This document shows positions 1-12,239 of a stretch of DNA of 64,000 bases, in pieces; positions within the stretch are counted from its first letter, which is position 1, and each line of letters starts with the position of its first letter. Source of the stretch: Burkholderiaceae bacterium. GTDB lineage: Bacteria > Pseudomonadota > Gammaproteobacteria > Burkholderiales > Burkholderiaceae_C. The notes under the pieces were generated by a model that was not told the DNA's origin, did not search any database, and saw only the letters and a program-made list of their open reading frames with translations. The DNA lies in contig JACKLI010000001.1 of the NCBI GenBank assembly GCA_024235995.1, forward strand, positions 2,884,145-2,948,144, written 5' to 3'. The position numbers were made by a program, and so were the translations under genes.

Positions 1-455
1 ACCGCCCGTCGCCGCGTGCCGTCGCGCCGCGCGCCGCCCCCAGCAGCCGCGCGCACCGGGCGCTGCAGATCGTGCTGACGGCGCCCGGCAGCTGGCAGGC
101 CCTGAGCGGCAGCGACCACCAGCTGCTGTGCGAGCAGGCGGCGCCCTACGGCCCGCTGTTTGCCTGGCTGGACGGCCAGGTGCTGGAGCACGGCCCCCAG
201 CCCTGGAGCGCGCTGCGCGAGGCGCTCCGAGGCCACCCGCTGGAGGACGCCGCCGTGCGGGCCATCGAGGGACTGCACGACGAGATCGACTCCGACCCCG
301 GGGAGCTGCAGGACATCCTGCGCCAGGAGCGCCCCGTGCACCTGAAGCAGCGCATGGACGCGGCGCTGGCCGCCGGCGACGTGGCGCTGTACCAGAGCCT
401 GCTGCCCGAGCTGGCCAGGGCCAAGACCGGCGAGCGCGAAGCAGGCGGGTATTGA
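1..455 (+). CDS. dnaG: DNA primase DnaG, C-terminal part (5' end lies outside the window)
   Basis: Frame 3 is open from base 3 to the TGA at 453-455. The translation is a helical, acidic C-terminal tail. It sits directly upstream of rpoD, as in the conserved dnaG-rpoD arrangement. Confidence 0.7.
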   Translation, partial: RPSPRAVAPRAAPSSRAHRALQIVLTAPGSWQALSGSDHQLLCEQAAPYGPLFAWLDGQVLEHGPQPWSALREALRGHPLEDAAVRAIEGLHDEIDSDPGELQDILRQERPVHLKQRMDAALAAGDVALYQSLLPELARAKTGEREAGGY

Positions 456-491
456 GGGCCCGGCCGGCTCATGGACGCCTGCTGGCGCCTC

Positions 492-516
492 TTGAAATCC
501 GGCGAATTGTTATAAT
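492..516 (+). promoter_or_regulatory. Candidate sigma-70 promoter for rpoD with an extended -10
   Basis: TTGAAA at 492-497 and TGtTATAAT at 508-516. The spacer is only 13 nt, so activity would rest on the extended -10. It lies about 280 nt upstream of the rpoD ATG. Confidence 0.35.
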
Positions 517-797
517 GTAGAGCTTGTCACCGGCAAGAGCGACAGCAGCACCTCCGGATCGGCCCTCGCGTCGTCATCGCACGCGCCCCATGCATGGGGT
601 GGCCACATCACCGCAAGGACTGCATCCCAAATGTTCGCCCGACCATCTTGCCCATGACGGTGGAATGCCCGCATTGGCCGCCTGTCGGCCGAAGGGAAGC
701 CGCCGCGATGCCATTCTTTTTGAATTGAGTCCGATGGGAGCCTGCCCGGCCGGCCACGCAGCCACTGGGCGACTCCGATCCGTACCGAGGTCGAACC

Positions 798-3035
<2,238 letters not shown>

Positions 3036-3054
3036 TCGTTTTCAATTCAAATTG

Positions 3055-3097
3055 GCGTCTGGCGCGCATCCAATGTGCGCCAGACGCTATTTTGTTT
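3055..3097 (+). terminator. Rho-independent terminator of rpoD
   Basis: A 15-bp stem (gcgtctggcgcgcat / atgtgcgccagacgc, one mismatch) with a 3-nt loop, followed by tattttgttt. It starts 20 nt after the rpoD stop and is embedded in a REP-like repeat copy at 3039-3102. Confidence 0.7.
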
Positions 3098-3116
3098 ATA
3101 GCATTCCCAATTCTTC

Positions 3117-4373
3117 ATGAATCCCGACGCCGCCAAAATCTGGCAGGCCCCGCGCTGGGCCCTGGCCATCCTGCTGGCCATGCTCGGCATGCTGGGGCCG
3201 TTCTCCATCGACACCTACCTGCCGGCGTTCGCGGCCATTGCCGGCTCGCTGCAGGCCACCCCGGTCGAGATGCAGCAGACGCTGTCGGCCTATCTGTTCG
3301 GCTTTGCCTTCATGAACCTGTTTCACGGCGCGCTGTCCGACAGCTTCGGGCGCCGGCCGGTCATCCTGGGCGGGCTGGTGGTGTTCACGCTGGCGTCCCT
3401 CGGCTGCGCGCTGTCGCAGACCGTGGGGCACCTGATCTTCTTTCGCGCCCTGCAAGGCCTGTCCACCGGTGCCGGCGTGGTGGTCTCGCGCGCGGTCATC
3501 CGCGACATGTTTCCACCGTCCGAGGCCCAGCGCGTGATGAGCCAGGTCACCATCTTCTTCGGCGTGGCCCCGGCCATCGCGCCGATGATGGGCGGCGTGC
3601 TGTCCGAATACCTGGGCTGGCACGCGATCTTCTGGTTTCTGGTGGCAGTCGGCGTGGTGCTGATCGTCGCCAACCTGCGCCTGCTGCCCGAGAGCCTGCA
3701 CGTCAAGGACCGCCAGCCCTTCCAGTTCGGCCACCTGCTCAAGGGCTATGCGGTGCTGCTGTCGGACCCGCGCTTTTTCCTGCTGGCGCTGGCCTCGGGC
3801 GTGCCCTTCAACGGTCTGTTCCTGTACATCCTGGGCGCGCCCGCCTACCTGGGCGAGGTGCTGCACCTCAAGCCCACGCAGTTCTTCTGGTTCTTCGCCC
3901 TCAACATCGGCGGCATCATGATCGGCTCGTGGCTGTCCGGGCGCATGGCGGGCCGGGTGGCGCCCAAGAATCAGATCATGCAGGGCTTTCGCATCATGGT
4001 GGCGGTCTCGATCGTCAACATCATCGCCAACGCACTGTTCGAGGCCGAGGTCTGGTGGTCGCTGTGGCCGATCGCGCTGTTCGCCTTCGGCTGGGCGCTG
4101 ATGGTGCCGGTGGTCACGCTGCTGGTGCTGGACCTGCACCCCGACCGGCGCGGCATGGCCTCGTCGCTGCAGTCGGTGGTCGGCTCGGTGGCCAACGGCA
4201 TCGTGGCCGGCGCGGTGGCGCCCCTGGTCATGCACTCGGCCCTCGGCATGGCCATCATGTCGGCCGCGTTCCTGTTCGTGGGCCTGTTATCGTGGCTGTG
4301 GCTGCACCAGCGCTGGCCCGAGATCGGCAACCCGCGCCACCCGCAGGCCGCCCCCGGTCAGCGGCCCGGGTAA
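3117..4373 (+). CDS. MFS transporter, Bcr/CflA drug-resistance type
   Basis: 418 aa with about 12 predicted TM helices. It carries the MFS loop motif GALSDSFGRRPVILGG. Confidence 0.85.
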   Translation: MNPDAAKIWQAPRWALAILLAMLGMLGPFSIDTYLPAFAAIAGSLQATPVEMQQTLSAYLFGFAFMNLFHGALSDSFGRRPVILGGLVVFTLASLGCALSQTVGHLIFFRALQGLSTGAGVVVSRAVIRDMFPPSEAQRVMSQVTIFFGVAPAIAPMMGGVLSEYLGWHAIFWFLVAVGVVLIVANLRLLPESLHVKDRQPFQFGHLLKGYAVLLSDPRFFLLALASGVPFNGLFLYILGAPAYLGEVLHLKPTQFFWFFALNIGGIMIGSWLSGRMAGRVAPKNQIMQGFRIMVAVSIVNIIANALFEAEVWWSLWPIALFAFGWALMVPVVTLLVLDLHPDRRGMASSLQSVVGSVANGIVAGAVAPLVMHSALGMAIMSAAFLFVGLLSWLWLHQRWPEIGNPRHPQAAPGQRPG

Positions 4374-5053
4374 TTGGCCAGCCGCGCGACGTCCGGGATG
4401 TGGATCTCGCGCTTGTCCACCTCGATCAGGCCCTGCGAGGCCAGCTCGCTGAGCACGCGCGAAAAATACTCGGGCGTGATCGACAGGCGCGAGGCGATCG
4501 CCGCCTTGCTGACCGGCAGCGTCACCGTCATCGACGCGCTGCCCGGCTCCGGGATGGAGCGCCCGCCCAGCAGGTAGCCGATCACGCGCTGCGTGCCGCT
4601 GTGCAGCGACACCGCCTCCACGTCCTGCACCAGGCCCTGCAGGCGCCGCGACAGGCCGGCCAGCATGCGCAGCGAAAAGGCCGGGCTGCGCTCGATCTCG
4701 CGCAGCACCGTGGCGCGCTCGATCGTCAGCAGCAGGGTGTCGGTCAGCGTCTGCGCGGTGACCAGGTAGGGCGACTCCATGAACATCACCGCCTCGCCGA
4801 AGCTGCGCCCCGGCCCGCACAGGTGAATCACCTTCTCCACCCCCGTGGGCGACATGGCGAACAGCTTGACCTGGCCCATCACCACCACGTGGAACTCGCG
4901 GCAGGCATCGCCCACGCGAAAGATGGTGCGCCCGCGCTCCAGGCGGCGCAGGTGGCAGTCCTGCGCCAGCCGCTCGCGCTCGGGCCCGGTGATGCTGGAA
5001 AACAGCGGCAGCGTGCCCAGGTAGCGCGCAACGTCGAACTTGTCGTGACTCAC
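4358..5053 (-). CDS. Crp/Fnr family transcriptional regulator
   Basis: It has a cNMP-binding-like beta-roll (RSFGEAVMF) and a C-terminal HTH (SKAAIASRLSITPEYFSRVLSEL). I chose the GTG at 5053 because the longer ORF to 5164 would overlap livF. Its 3' end overlaps the MFS gene by 16 nt. Confidence 0.8.
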   Translation of the reverse strand: MSHDKFDVARYLGTLPLFSSITGPERERLAQDCHLRRLERGRTIFRVGDACREFHVVVMGQVKLFAMSPTGVEKVIHLCGPGRSFGEAVMFMESPYLVTAQTLTDTLLLTIERATVLREIERSPAFSLRMLAGLSRRLQGLVQDVEAVSLHSGTQRVIGYLLGGRSIPEPGSASMTVTLPVSKAAIASRLSITPEYFSRVLSELASQGLIEVDKREIHIPDVARLANYPGR

Positions 5054-5144
5054 GAGGTTGGCGGCGAGCGGTCTTCGGATCGCCCACCGGATGGTGGTTG
5101 AACTGCCGCCGAGTGTACGGACGATCGGGCGCGGCGCCCTGCCC

Positions 5145-5882
5145 TCATTCGGCCTTCTTGCCACCCACCCCCAGATAGGTCTCGATCACGCGCCGGTCGG
5201 TCAGCAGCGCACTGGCCTCGCCGCTGAGGGCCACGGCGCCCATCTCCAGCACGTAGCCGCGGTCGGCCACCTGCAGCGCGGCGCGCGCGTTCTGCTCGAT
5301 CAGCAGCACCGACACGCCCAGATCGCGCAGCGAGGCCACGATGTGCAGCACCTCGCGCACGATCAGCGGCGCCAGGCCCAGCGAGGGCTCGTCCAGCATC
5401 AGCAGCTTGGGGCGCGCCATCAGCGCGCGGCCGATGGCCAGCATCTGCCGCTCGCCGCCCGACAGCGTGGCCGCCAGCTGCGCGCGGCGCTCCTGCAGAC
5501 GCGGAAACAACGCGAACACCTCGCCCATGCGCTCGGCCTGGTCGCGCTGGCCGCGCCGCCAGCGGGCAAAGCCGCCCAGCAGCAGGTTGTCCTCGACCGA
5601 CATCTCGCCGAACAGCTCGCGCTTTTCGGGCACCAGACCCACGCCGCGCGCCACCATGGCCTCCACCGTGGGGCGGGCGATCTTGTCGCCGGCCAGTTGC
5701 ACGCCGCCGGTCGACGGCAGCAGCCCCATCACCGCGTTCAGCAGCGTGCTCTTGCCAGCGCCGTTGGGGCCGATGACGGTGACGATCTCGCCCTCGCCCA
5801 CCGTCAGCGCCACCTGATGCAGCGCCTCCACCGGGCCGTAGCAGACGCTGAAGTCCTGGATGTTGAGCAGCGGGGCGTTCAT
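5145..5882 (-). CDS. livF: Branched-chain amino-acid ABC transporter ATP-binding protein (LivF type)
   Basis: Walker [10 protein letters not shown], signature LSGGERQML and Walker B LLMLDEPS are present. The ATG at 5882 overlaps the upstream gene stop (ATGA). Confidence 0.9.
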   Translation of the reverse strand: MNAPLLNIQDFSVCYGPVEALHQVALTVGEGEIVTVIGPNGAGKSTLLNAVMGLLPSTGGVQLAGDKIARPTVEAMVARGVGLVPEKRELFGEMSVEDNLLLGGFARWRRGQRDQAERMGEVFALFPRLQERRAQLAATLSGGERQMLAIGRALMARPKLLMLDEPSLGLAPLIVREVLHIVASLRDLGVSVLLIEQNARAALQVADRGYVLEMGAVALSGEASALLTDRRVIETYLGVGGKKAE

Positions 5883-7699
5883 GAAGTGGCTCCGGCAAAG
5901 TCGCTGCCCAGGTAGGCTTCCATGACGCGGGGATTGGCCTGCACCTGGGCCGGCGTGCCCAGGGCGATGACGGTGCCGAACTCGAGCACCGTGATGCGAT
6001 CGGCCAGGTTCATGACGAATTCCATGTCGTGTTCCACCACCAGCACGGCCAGGCCTTCGGCCCGCAGCTGGGTCAGCAATTGGGCCAGGGCCTGCTTCTC
6101 GAGGTGGCGCAGGCCGGCGGCCGGCTCGTCCAGCAGCAGGATGGAGGGCTGGCCCGCCAGCGCCCGCGCGATCTCGACGATGCGCTGCTGGCCCAGGGGC
6201 AGCGAGGCCGCGGGGGTGTCGATGTACTGGGCCAGGCCGCAGCGCTCGATCTGGCGGCGGGCCTCGGCCAGCAGGGCTGCCTCCTCGCCGCGATCGGCGC
6301 GCAGCATGGCCGCCAGCCAGCCACGCCGCGCCCGCAGGTGCGCGCCCACGGCCACGTTCTCGAGCACGCTGCGCTGGCCCAGCAACCGCACGTGCTGGAA
6401 GGTGCGTCCCAGCCCCAGCGCGGCAAAGGCGCGCGAGGGCTTGCCGGCCATGGCCTGGCCCAGCAGGGTGACGGTGCCCGAGGTCGGGTCGTCCACGCCC
6501 GAGATCATGTTGAAGAAGGTGCTCTTGCCGGCGCCGTTGGGGCCGATCAGGGCATGCACTTCGCCAGACCTGACGTCCAGGTTGACGGCGTTGTTGGCCA
6601 CCAGGCCGCTGAAACGCTTGGTGACGTCCTTGGCCTGCAGCACCACCTGACCAGCCGGCGGCAGGGTGTGGCGCGCCAGCGGGACCGCGGCCACGGCCTG
6701 CGCGCGCGGCTTGGCCGGCTTCAGAAACCTGTTCACCCAGGCCGCGATTAGCGGCCACAGGCCGTCGGCGGCGCGCTGCAGCACCAGCAGCATCAGCAGG
6801 CCGAACACGATGACCTCGAAGTTGCCGCTGGCGCCCAGCAGGCGCGGCAGCCAGTCCTGCAACTGCTCCTTGAGCAGGGTGATCAGGGTGGCGCCCAGCA
6901 CCGCGCCCCACAGGTAGCCCGAGCCCCCCACCACGGCCATGAACAGGTATTCGATGCCGATGTTCAGGTCGAACGGCGTGGGGTTGACGAAGCGCTGCAG
7001 GTGCGCGTACAGCCAGCCCGAGACGGCCGACAGCAGCGCCGCCAGCACGAACAGCTTCATGCGCTGGCGGGCGGTGTCCACGCCCATCGACTCGGCCATC
7101 ACCCGCCCGCTCTTGAGCGCCCGGATGGCGCGGCCCTCGCGTGAGTCCAGCAGGTTGTGCAGGCCCCAGATGGCCAGCAGCAGCACCGCCCAGATCAGCA
7201 CGCCCAGCACGCGCGGCGAGCTCAGCTCGTAGCCGGCGATGGACAGCGGCGGCACGCCGGTGATGCCGGTGAAGCCGCCCAGGCCCTCGAGGTTGCCGAA
7301 GATGTAATACAGGCTCAGGCCCCAGGCCAGCGTGCCCAGCGGCAGGAAGTGCCCCGCCAGTGGCAGCGTGACGGCGCCCAGGAACCAGGCGATCAGCGCC
7401 GTGACCGCCAGGCCCAGCAGCAGGCCCAGCCAGGGCAAGGCGCCGGCTGGCAGCGCCGACAGCGCGTGCGTGGCGGTGGGCGAAGTGCAGATCCAGGCCG
7501 TGGCGTAGGCGCCCAGGCCGACGAAGGCCGCCTGCCCGAACGAGGTGATGCCGCCCACGCCGGTGAGCATGACCAGCCCCACGGCCACCAGCGAATACAG
7601 GCCGATGTAGTTCACCAGCGTGATGGTGAAGGCCCCGAACAGCGGCCAGGACAGCGCCAACAGGGCAATGGCCAGCCAGGTGAGATGGCGGCGGGTCAT
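5879..7699 (-). CDS. Fused LivM-type permease / LivG-type ATPase
   Basis: The N-terminal ~340 aa form a polytopic membrane domain. The C-terminal part is an ABC ATPase ([36 protein letters not shown]). The start at MTRRHLTW overlaps the livH stop (ATGA). Confidence 0.9.
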   Translation of the reverse strand: MTRRHLTWLAIALLALSWPLFGAFTITLVNYIGLYSLVAVGLVMLTGVGGITSFGQAAFVGLGAYATAWICTSPTATHALSALPAGALPWLGLLLGLAVTALIAWFLGAVTLPLAGHFLPLGTLAWGLSLYYIFGNLEGLGGFTGITGVPPLSIAGYELSSPRVLGVLIWAVLLLAIWGLHNLLDSREGRAIRALKSGRVMAESMGVDTARQRMKLFVLAALLSAVSGWLYAHLQRFVNPTPFDLNIGIEYLFMAVVGGSGYLWGAVLGATLITLLKEQLQDWLPRLLGASGNFEVIVFGLLMLLVLQRAADGLWPLIAAWVNRFLKPAKPRAQAVAAVPLARHTLPPAGQVVLQAKDVTKRFSGLVANNAVNLDVRSGEVHALIGPNGAGKSTFFNMISGVDDPTSGTVTLLGQAMAGKPSRAFAALGLGRTFQHVRLLGQRSVLENVAVGAHLRARRGWLAAMLRADRGEEAALLAEARRQIERCGLAQYIDTPAASLPLGQQRIVEIARALAGQPSILLLDEPAAGLRHLEKQALAQLLTQLRAEGLAVLVVEHDMEFVMNLADRITVLEFGTVIALGTPAQVQANPRVMEAYLGSDFAGATS

Positions 7700-8724
7700 T
7701 CCTCGTCCTCCACGTGGCGGGTGTTGAGGGAGCGCCACCAGAGCACCGGGATGATGAGGGTGAACACAATGACTTCCTTGAAGGCGCTGGCCCAGAACGA
7801 GGAAAAGGATTCAAGCTGGCCCACCAGCAACGCGCCCACCACCGACATTGGATAGCTGAGCAGCCCGCCGACGATGGCGGCGACGAAGCCCTTCAGGCCG
7901 ATCAGGAACCCGGTGTCGTAATAGATGGTCGTGATCGGCGCGATCAGCAGCCCGCAGACGGCGCCGATGAGGGCGGCCAGCGCAAAGCAGATGTCGCCCG
8001 AGAGGTCGGTCGGGATGCCCATCAGGCGCGCGCCCACCCGGTTGATGGCGGTGGCGCGCAGGGCCTTGCCGATGATGGAGCGTTCGAAGAACACGTACAT
8101 GGCCGCCAGCAGCACCACCGCCGCGCCGATCACCACCAACGACTGGCCGCTGACCGGCAGGCCGCCCACGTCCCAGCGCGCGTCCCACATCGAGCTTGTG
8201 CGCGCGCCCTCGGCGCCGAAGAAGTACAGCCCCAGGCCCACCATGACCCAGTGCAGCGCCACCGACACGATCAGCAGCATCAGCACGCTGGCGTGCGCCA
8301 GCGGGCGGAACACCAGCCGATACAGCAAGGGCCCCATGGGCACGATCAGCAGCAGCGCCAGCACGGTCTGCGCCCAGACCGCGGCCGGCTTGACCGCCAG
8401 CGCCAGCACCGCGGCCACGGCCGGCAGCACAATGGCCCACACCGCCGTGGAGCGCCAGTCCACATGCATGCCGCGCCAGTGGCGCCAGCCCTCGACCAGC
8501 AGCGTGATCACGGCCAGGCCCAGCAGCAACCAGATGGCCGAAGGCACGCCGCCGGCCTGGATGGCCGCCATCGACAGCGCCGCATAGGTGACGAACTCGC
8601 CCTGCGGAATGAAGATGACGCGCGTGACGGAAAACACCAGCACCAGCGCCAGCGCCATCAGCGCGTAGATGGCGCCGGTGACGAAGCCGTCTTGCGCGAG
8701 CATCAGGGCGATTTGTGCGTCCAT
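7696..8724 (-). CDS. livH: Branched-chain amino-acid ABC transporter permease (LivH type)
   Basis: 342-aa polytopic membrane protein, first permease gene of the liv-like operon. Confidence 0.88.
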   Translation of the reverse strand: MDAQIALMLAQDGFVTGAIYALMALALVLVFSVTRVIFIPQGEFVTYAALSMAAIQAGGVPSAIWLLLGLAVITLLVEGWRHWRGMHVDWRSTAVWAIVLPAVAAVLALAVKPAAVWAQTVLALLLIVPMGPLLYRLVFRPLAHASVLMLLIVSVALHWVMVGLGLYFFGAEGARTSSMWDARWDVGGLPVSGQSLVVIGAAVVLLAAMYVFFERSIIGKALRATAINRVGARLMGIPTDLSGDICFALAALIGAVCGLLIAPITTIYYDTGFLIGLKGFVAAIVGGLLSYPMSVVGALLVGQLESFSSFWASAFKEVIVFTLIIPVLWWRSLNTRHVEDEE

Positions 8725-9063
8725 AGATCAAAAAACCTGTTCATGGCAGAGCTTGACAGAGAACCCCCCCGGACTCTTCGGCCCTGCTTGGGTCGCCGAA
8801 CGGATGCGGACCGGGGATGGCGCAACGGTGCCGCAACATGCCAGCGCCGGATTTTCCCCCCGAGGTCTTGCACGGCCGGCATGAAATTTAAACGGCAATC
8901 ATTTAAGCGTCAACAAAATTCATGATTAATCATGGAAAACCATGAGTGCCAGCCCGTGTCACCACCACGCACCGGGCCCATTTGCGCGAACAGGGCGACC
9001 GCCGCCGGCACGTCGCCCTGTTCCTGAATCCGCCGGCAAGCCCTTACGGTCGCCGGCGGCCGA

Positions 9064-10218
9064 TCACTTGCTCGGCTGATAGACCCACTTGCCGTTCTCG
9101 ATCTTGACCATCACCACGCCGCGCTGGTCCAGCCCCAGGTGGTCTTGCGCCGACATGTTGAAGATGCCGTGCGCGCCAGCCACGTCCTTGACCTGCTCCA
9201 GGGCGTCGCGCAGGGCCGAGCGGAAGGCCTCGGTGCCCGGCTGCGCGCCGCCCTTGAGCGCCGCCGGCACGGCCGCGGCCAGCACCTTGCCAGCGTCCCA
9301 CACGTGGCCGCCGAAGGTGGACACGCTGCCCTTGCCGTAGGCGCCCTCGTAGGTGTGGATGTATTCGAGCGACGACTTGCGCACGGGGTTGCTGGCCGGC
9401 AGCTGCTCGGCCACCAGCACCGGGCCGGCGGGCAGCAGCGTGCCGTCCACGTCCTTGCCACCGACGCGCAGGAAGTCGTTGTTGGCCACGCCGTGGGTCT
9501 GGTAGATCTTGCCGGTGTAGCCACGCTCCTTGAGCGTCTTCTCGGGCAGCGCCGCCGGCGTGCCCGAGCCGGCGATGAGGATCGCGTCCGGCTTGGCGGC
9601 CATCAGCTTGAGCACCTGGCCGGTCACCGCGGTGTCGGTGCGGCCGTAGCGCTCGTTGGCCACCAGCTTGATCTTCTTGAGGTCCAGCGCCTTGACGGTC
9701 TCCTTGTACCAGCCCTCGCCGTAGGCGTCGGAAAAGCCGATGAAGCCCACCGTCTTGATGCCGTGGTCGGCCATGTGGCCGGCGATGGCCAGCGCCATCA
9801 TGATGTCGTTTTGCGGCGTCTTGAACACCCAGCGCTTCTTGGCGTCCTGCGGCTCGATGATGGCCGCCGAGGCGCCCAGCGAGATCATCGGCGTCTTGCC
9901 CTCGGCCACGGCGTCGATCATGGCCAGCGAGGCCGGCGTGGTGGACGAGCCGAAGATGATGTCCACCTTCTCGGACATCAGCTTGCGCGCGTTGGTGACG
10001 GCGCCGGTCGTGTCGGACGCGTCGTCCAGCACGATGTAGTTGACCTTTTGCCCGCCCATGGTCTTGGGCAGCAGGGCCACGGTGTTTTTCTCGGGAATGC
10101 CCAGCGACGCCGCCGGCCCGGTGGCCGAGAGCGTGACGCCCACGTTGATGTCGGCCCAGGCGGACAGGGAAAAGCCGGTTGCCGCAAGGCACGCCAGGGC
10201 GATGTGTTTGATCTTCAT
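9064..10218 (-). CDS. ABC transporter periplasmic amino-acid-binding protein (LivK/type I PBP)
   Basis: Signal peptide MKIKHIALACLAATGFSLSAWA followed by a type I periplasmic binding fold pattern. It sits upstream of livH-MG-F. Confidence 0.88.
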   Translation of the reverse strand: MKIKHIALACLAATGFSLSAWADINVGVTLSATGPAASLGIPEKNTVALLPKTMGGQKVNYIVLDDASDTTGAVTNARKLMSEKVDIIFGSSTTPASLAMIDAVAEGKTPMISLGASAAIIEPQDAKKRWVFKTPQNDIMMALAIAGHMADHGIKTVGFIGFSDAYGEGWYKETVKALDLKKIKLVANERYGRTDTAVTGQVLKLMAAKPDAILIAGSGTPAALPEKTLKERGYTGKIYQTHGVANNDFLRVGGKDVDGTLLPAGPVLVAEQLPASNPVRKSSLEYIHTYEGAYGKGSVSTFGGHVWDAGKVLAAAVPAALKGGAQPGTEAFRSALRDALEQVKDVAGAHGIFNMSAQDHLGLDQRGVVMVKIENGKWVYQPSK

Positions 10219-10378
10219 GGGTTTGGCTCCATCGGAATAAGAAAAAGCCGCGCGGCGCCGGTCGGAAAGCCGACCCACACCATAAGGTGACCGCGCGGTC
10301 GGTTAATGATTGTATCGGCCCACCCCGCGCCAAGCCTTGCCGCGAGGCTGGGAATTTCCCTAAGTCAATTTAGCCAGG

Positions 10379-11356
10379 TCAGCCCAGCACGTGGGCCACC
10401 GTCAGCAAGGCCAGCAGCAGCAGCCACAGCGCCACCATGCGCCAGACCAGGCCCACCACGCGGGCAAAGTGCGTCACGCTGGGCGCCTCGCCGGGCAACT
10501 CGCCGTTCGGACCACCGCCCAGCGCGACGTCGCCCGGCGGCTGCCCCGGCGCCGCGCGGACCGGCATGTTGCCCAGGCGCACGCCCACGGCGCCGGCGGC
10601 CGCCGCCAGGATCACGCCGTCGTTGGCGTTGCCAAAGCGGTCGGCATGGCGCCGCCAGGCGTCGATGGCGTCCTCGAAACTGCCGACGATGGCCAGCGCC
10701 AGCGCCGTGCAGCGGGCCGGCAGCCAGTCGATCCAGGCCCAGGCTGCCTGGGTGGCGCCGGCCAGCGCGGTGCTGACCGATGCGTCGGGCGTCGGCCCGG
10801 CGGCGCGCCAGTCATGCGCCAGGGCGCCCGCCTGGCGGTACAGCACCGCCCCCGCCGGACCCAGGCCCACCACCTCCAGCAGGCAGAACCACAGCATGAC
10901 GCCGAACACGTGGCGATGCGCGGCCAGCACCGAGTGCTCCAGCACCAGGCGCACCAGCTCGCTGCGCGGGATGGCGGACTCGTCCACCTGCTGCCAGCGT
11001 GCCAGCAGCTGCCGCGCGCGCTCCTCGTCGCCCAGCTCCAGGGCGTCGCGAATGGCGACGAAATGATGGCTGAACTGGCGAAACCCCAGGCAGCCGTACA
11101 GCACCGCGATGGTCCACAGCAGCGCCAGCGGCCAGCCGCCCAGCCACAGCAGGGCGGCGTGCACCAGCGCCACGCCCAGGGTCGGCCCGAGCGCGGCCAG
11201 CGTCCAGGCCAGCCAGGCATGCTGGGGGGCGCCGGCATCCACGTTGCGCGCCACGCCCCGCGCCCAGCGCCGCAGGGCCTCCAGCACCGGGTTGCGCGGC
11301 GCCAGCGGCCACACCTGCTCCAGCAGCAGGGTGGTCACGATGGCCAGCAGGATCAT
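10379..11356 (-). CDS. CobD/CbiB (AmpE-like) family membrane protein
   Basis: 325-aa membrane protein. The start MILLAIVTTLLLEQVWPL and overall hydrophobic pattern resemble the CobD/AmpE family. The call is by recollection only. Confidence 0.65.
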   Translation of the reverse strand: MILLAIVTTLLLEQVWPLAPRNPVLEALRRWARGVARNVDAGAPQHAWLAWTLAALGPTLGVALVHAALLWLGGWPLALLWTIAVLYGCLGFRQFSHHFVAIRDALELGDEERARQLLARWQQVDESAIPRSELVRLVLEHSVLAAHRHVFGVMLWFCLLEVVGLGPAGAVLYRQAGALAHDWRAAGPTPDASVSTALAGATQAAWAWIDWLPARCTALALAIVGSFEDAIDAWRRHADRFGNANDGVILAAAAGAVGVRLGNMPVRAAPGQPPGDVALGGGPNGELPGEAPSVTHFARVVGLVWRMVALWLLLLALLTVAHVLG

Positions 11357-11413
11357 GCCGTGATGATAGTGAGGCGCCGCCCCGCTGCACCGCGCCGGGC
11401 CCGCCCGGGCGGT

Positions 11414-12139
11414 TCAGGCCAGCAGGAATCTGTAGAAATTTCGCAACATGCCCGCCGTGGCGCCCCAGATGTAGTGCTCGACGGGCGCTGCCGATGCATC
11501 GCTGCGCGCGGCCGCCTGCGCCGGCTCGCGATAGGGCATGGAAAACCACTCGCGCACCCCGCCCGCCCACTCGAAGCGGTGGCGCCGGTGGTGCGCGGGG
11601 TTCATCAGGAAGGCCAGCGGCACCTCGAAGGCATGCGCCACCTCGTCCGCGTTGGGCTGCAGCACGAAGCCCTCGCGCACCAGCGCCACCACCGGCGTCA
11701 CCAGAAACTGCGAGCCGGTCGCATACACCGGCAACTGGCCCAGCACGTCGATGAAGCCGGGCGCCAGGCCCACTTCCTCGCGCGTCTCGCGCAGGGCCGC
11801 GTGCACCACGTCGCCGTCGCCCGCCTCGACCTTGCCGCCCGGAAACGCCACCTGCCCCGCGTGCGAGGGCAGGCCCATGGCCCGCTCGGTCAGCAGCACC
11901 GACAGGCCCGCCGCGCGCGCCACCAGCGGCACCAGCACGGCGGCCTCCACCGGCGCGCGGTCGACGAAGCGCGGCTCCTGGCGCACCTCGGGCTGCCAGC
12001 GCGGCGGCGCCCGAAAGCGCTGGCGCAGGGCCTGGGGGGTGAGGCGCTCGGGCGGCACCGCGGGCAGATCGGCGTCCACGCCGGTGACGGGCACCTGGCG
12101 CGGATCGAACGCGGGCAGCAGCGAAGGGATGGCGGTCAT
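11414..12139 (-). CDS. CoA pyrophosphatase (Nudix hydrolase, NudL type)
   Basis: Nudix box GGKVEAGDGDVVHAALRETREEVGL. The start was chosen at MTAIPSLL. Confidence 0.8.
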   Translation of the reverse strand: MTAIPSLLPAFDPRQVPVTGVDADLPAVPPERLTPQALRQRFRAPPRWQPEVRQEPRFVDRAPVEAAVLVPLVARAAGLSVLLTERAMGLPSHAGQVAFPGGKVEAGDGDVVHAALRETREEVGLAPGFIDVLGQLPVYATGSQFLVTPVVALVREGFVLQPNADEVAHAFEVPLAFLMNPAHHRRHRFEWAGGVREWFSMPYREPAQAAARSDASAAPVEHYIWGATAGMLRNFYRFLLA

Positions 12140-12160
12140 GGTCGAGCGGCGGCGCCCATG

Positions 12161-12194
12161 CAAAAACCGCCTGCACGCACAAGGCGGCAGGCGG
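12161..12194 (-). terminator. Rho-independent terminator after rplS
   Basis: On the minus strand: ccgcctgc-N12-gcaggcgg followed by ttttt. It lies 46 nt downstream of the rplS stop. Confidence 0.65.
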
Positions 12195-12239
12195 CTCGCG
12201 GCGGATGGAGACGACGCCCGCGAGGGCGGCGCCCGGTCA

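Noticed and set aside
672-712. The string cctgtcggccgaagggaagccgccgcgatg resembles the SRP (4.5S) RNA domain IV motif GGUCCGGAAGGAAGCAGCC.
   Set aside because: There is no complementary 3' strand to form the conserved helix 8, the GNAR tetraloop context is not reproduced, and the motif sits at the very end of the candidate transcript.
5883-7814. Upstream 640-aa extension of the livF reading frame (ORF 5145-7814).
   Set aside because: Recognisable LivF sequence begins at [11 protein letters not shown] (5882). The upstream part is Arg/Gly/Pro-rich nonsense that overlaps the genuine LivM-LivG fusion in another frame.
10242-10275. Terminator-like GGTCGG-cttt-CCGACC hairpin plus a U-run on the minus strand, only about 25 nt upstream of the binding-protein start codon. 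This could be an attenuator.
   Set aside because: The U-run is separated from the convincing hairpin by about 13 nt, and the second palindrome GCCGCGCGGC cannot fold on its own. It may simply be the terminator of the upstream CobD-like gene. I could not support this as a feature.
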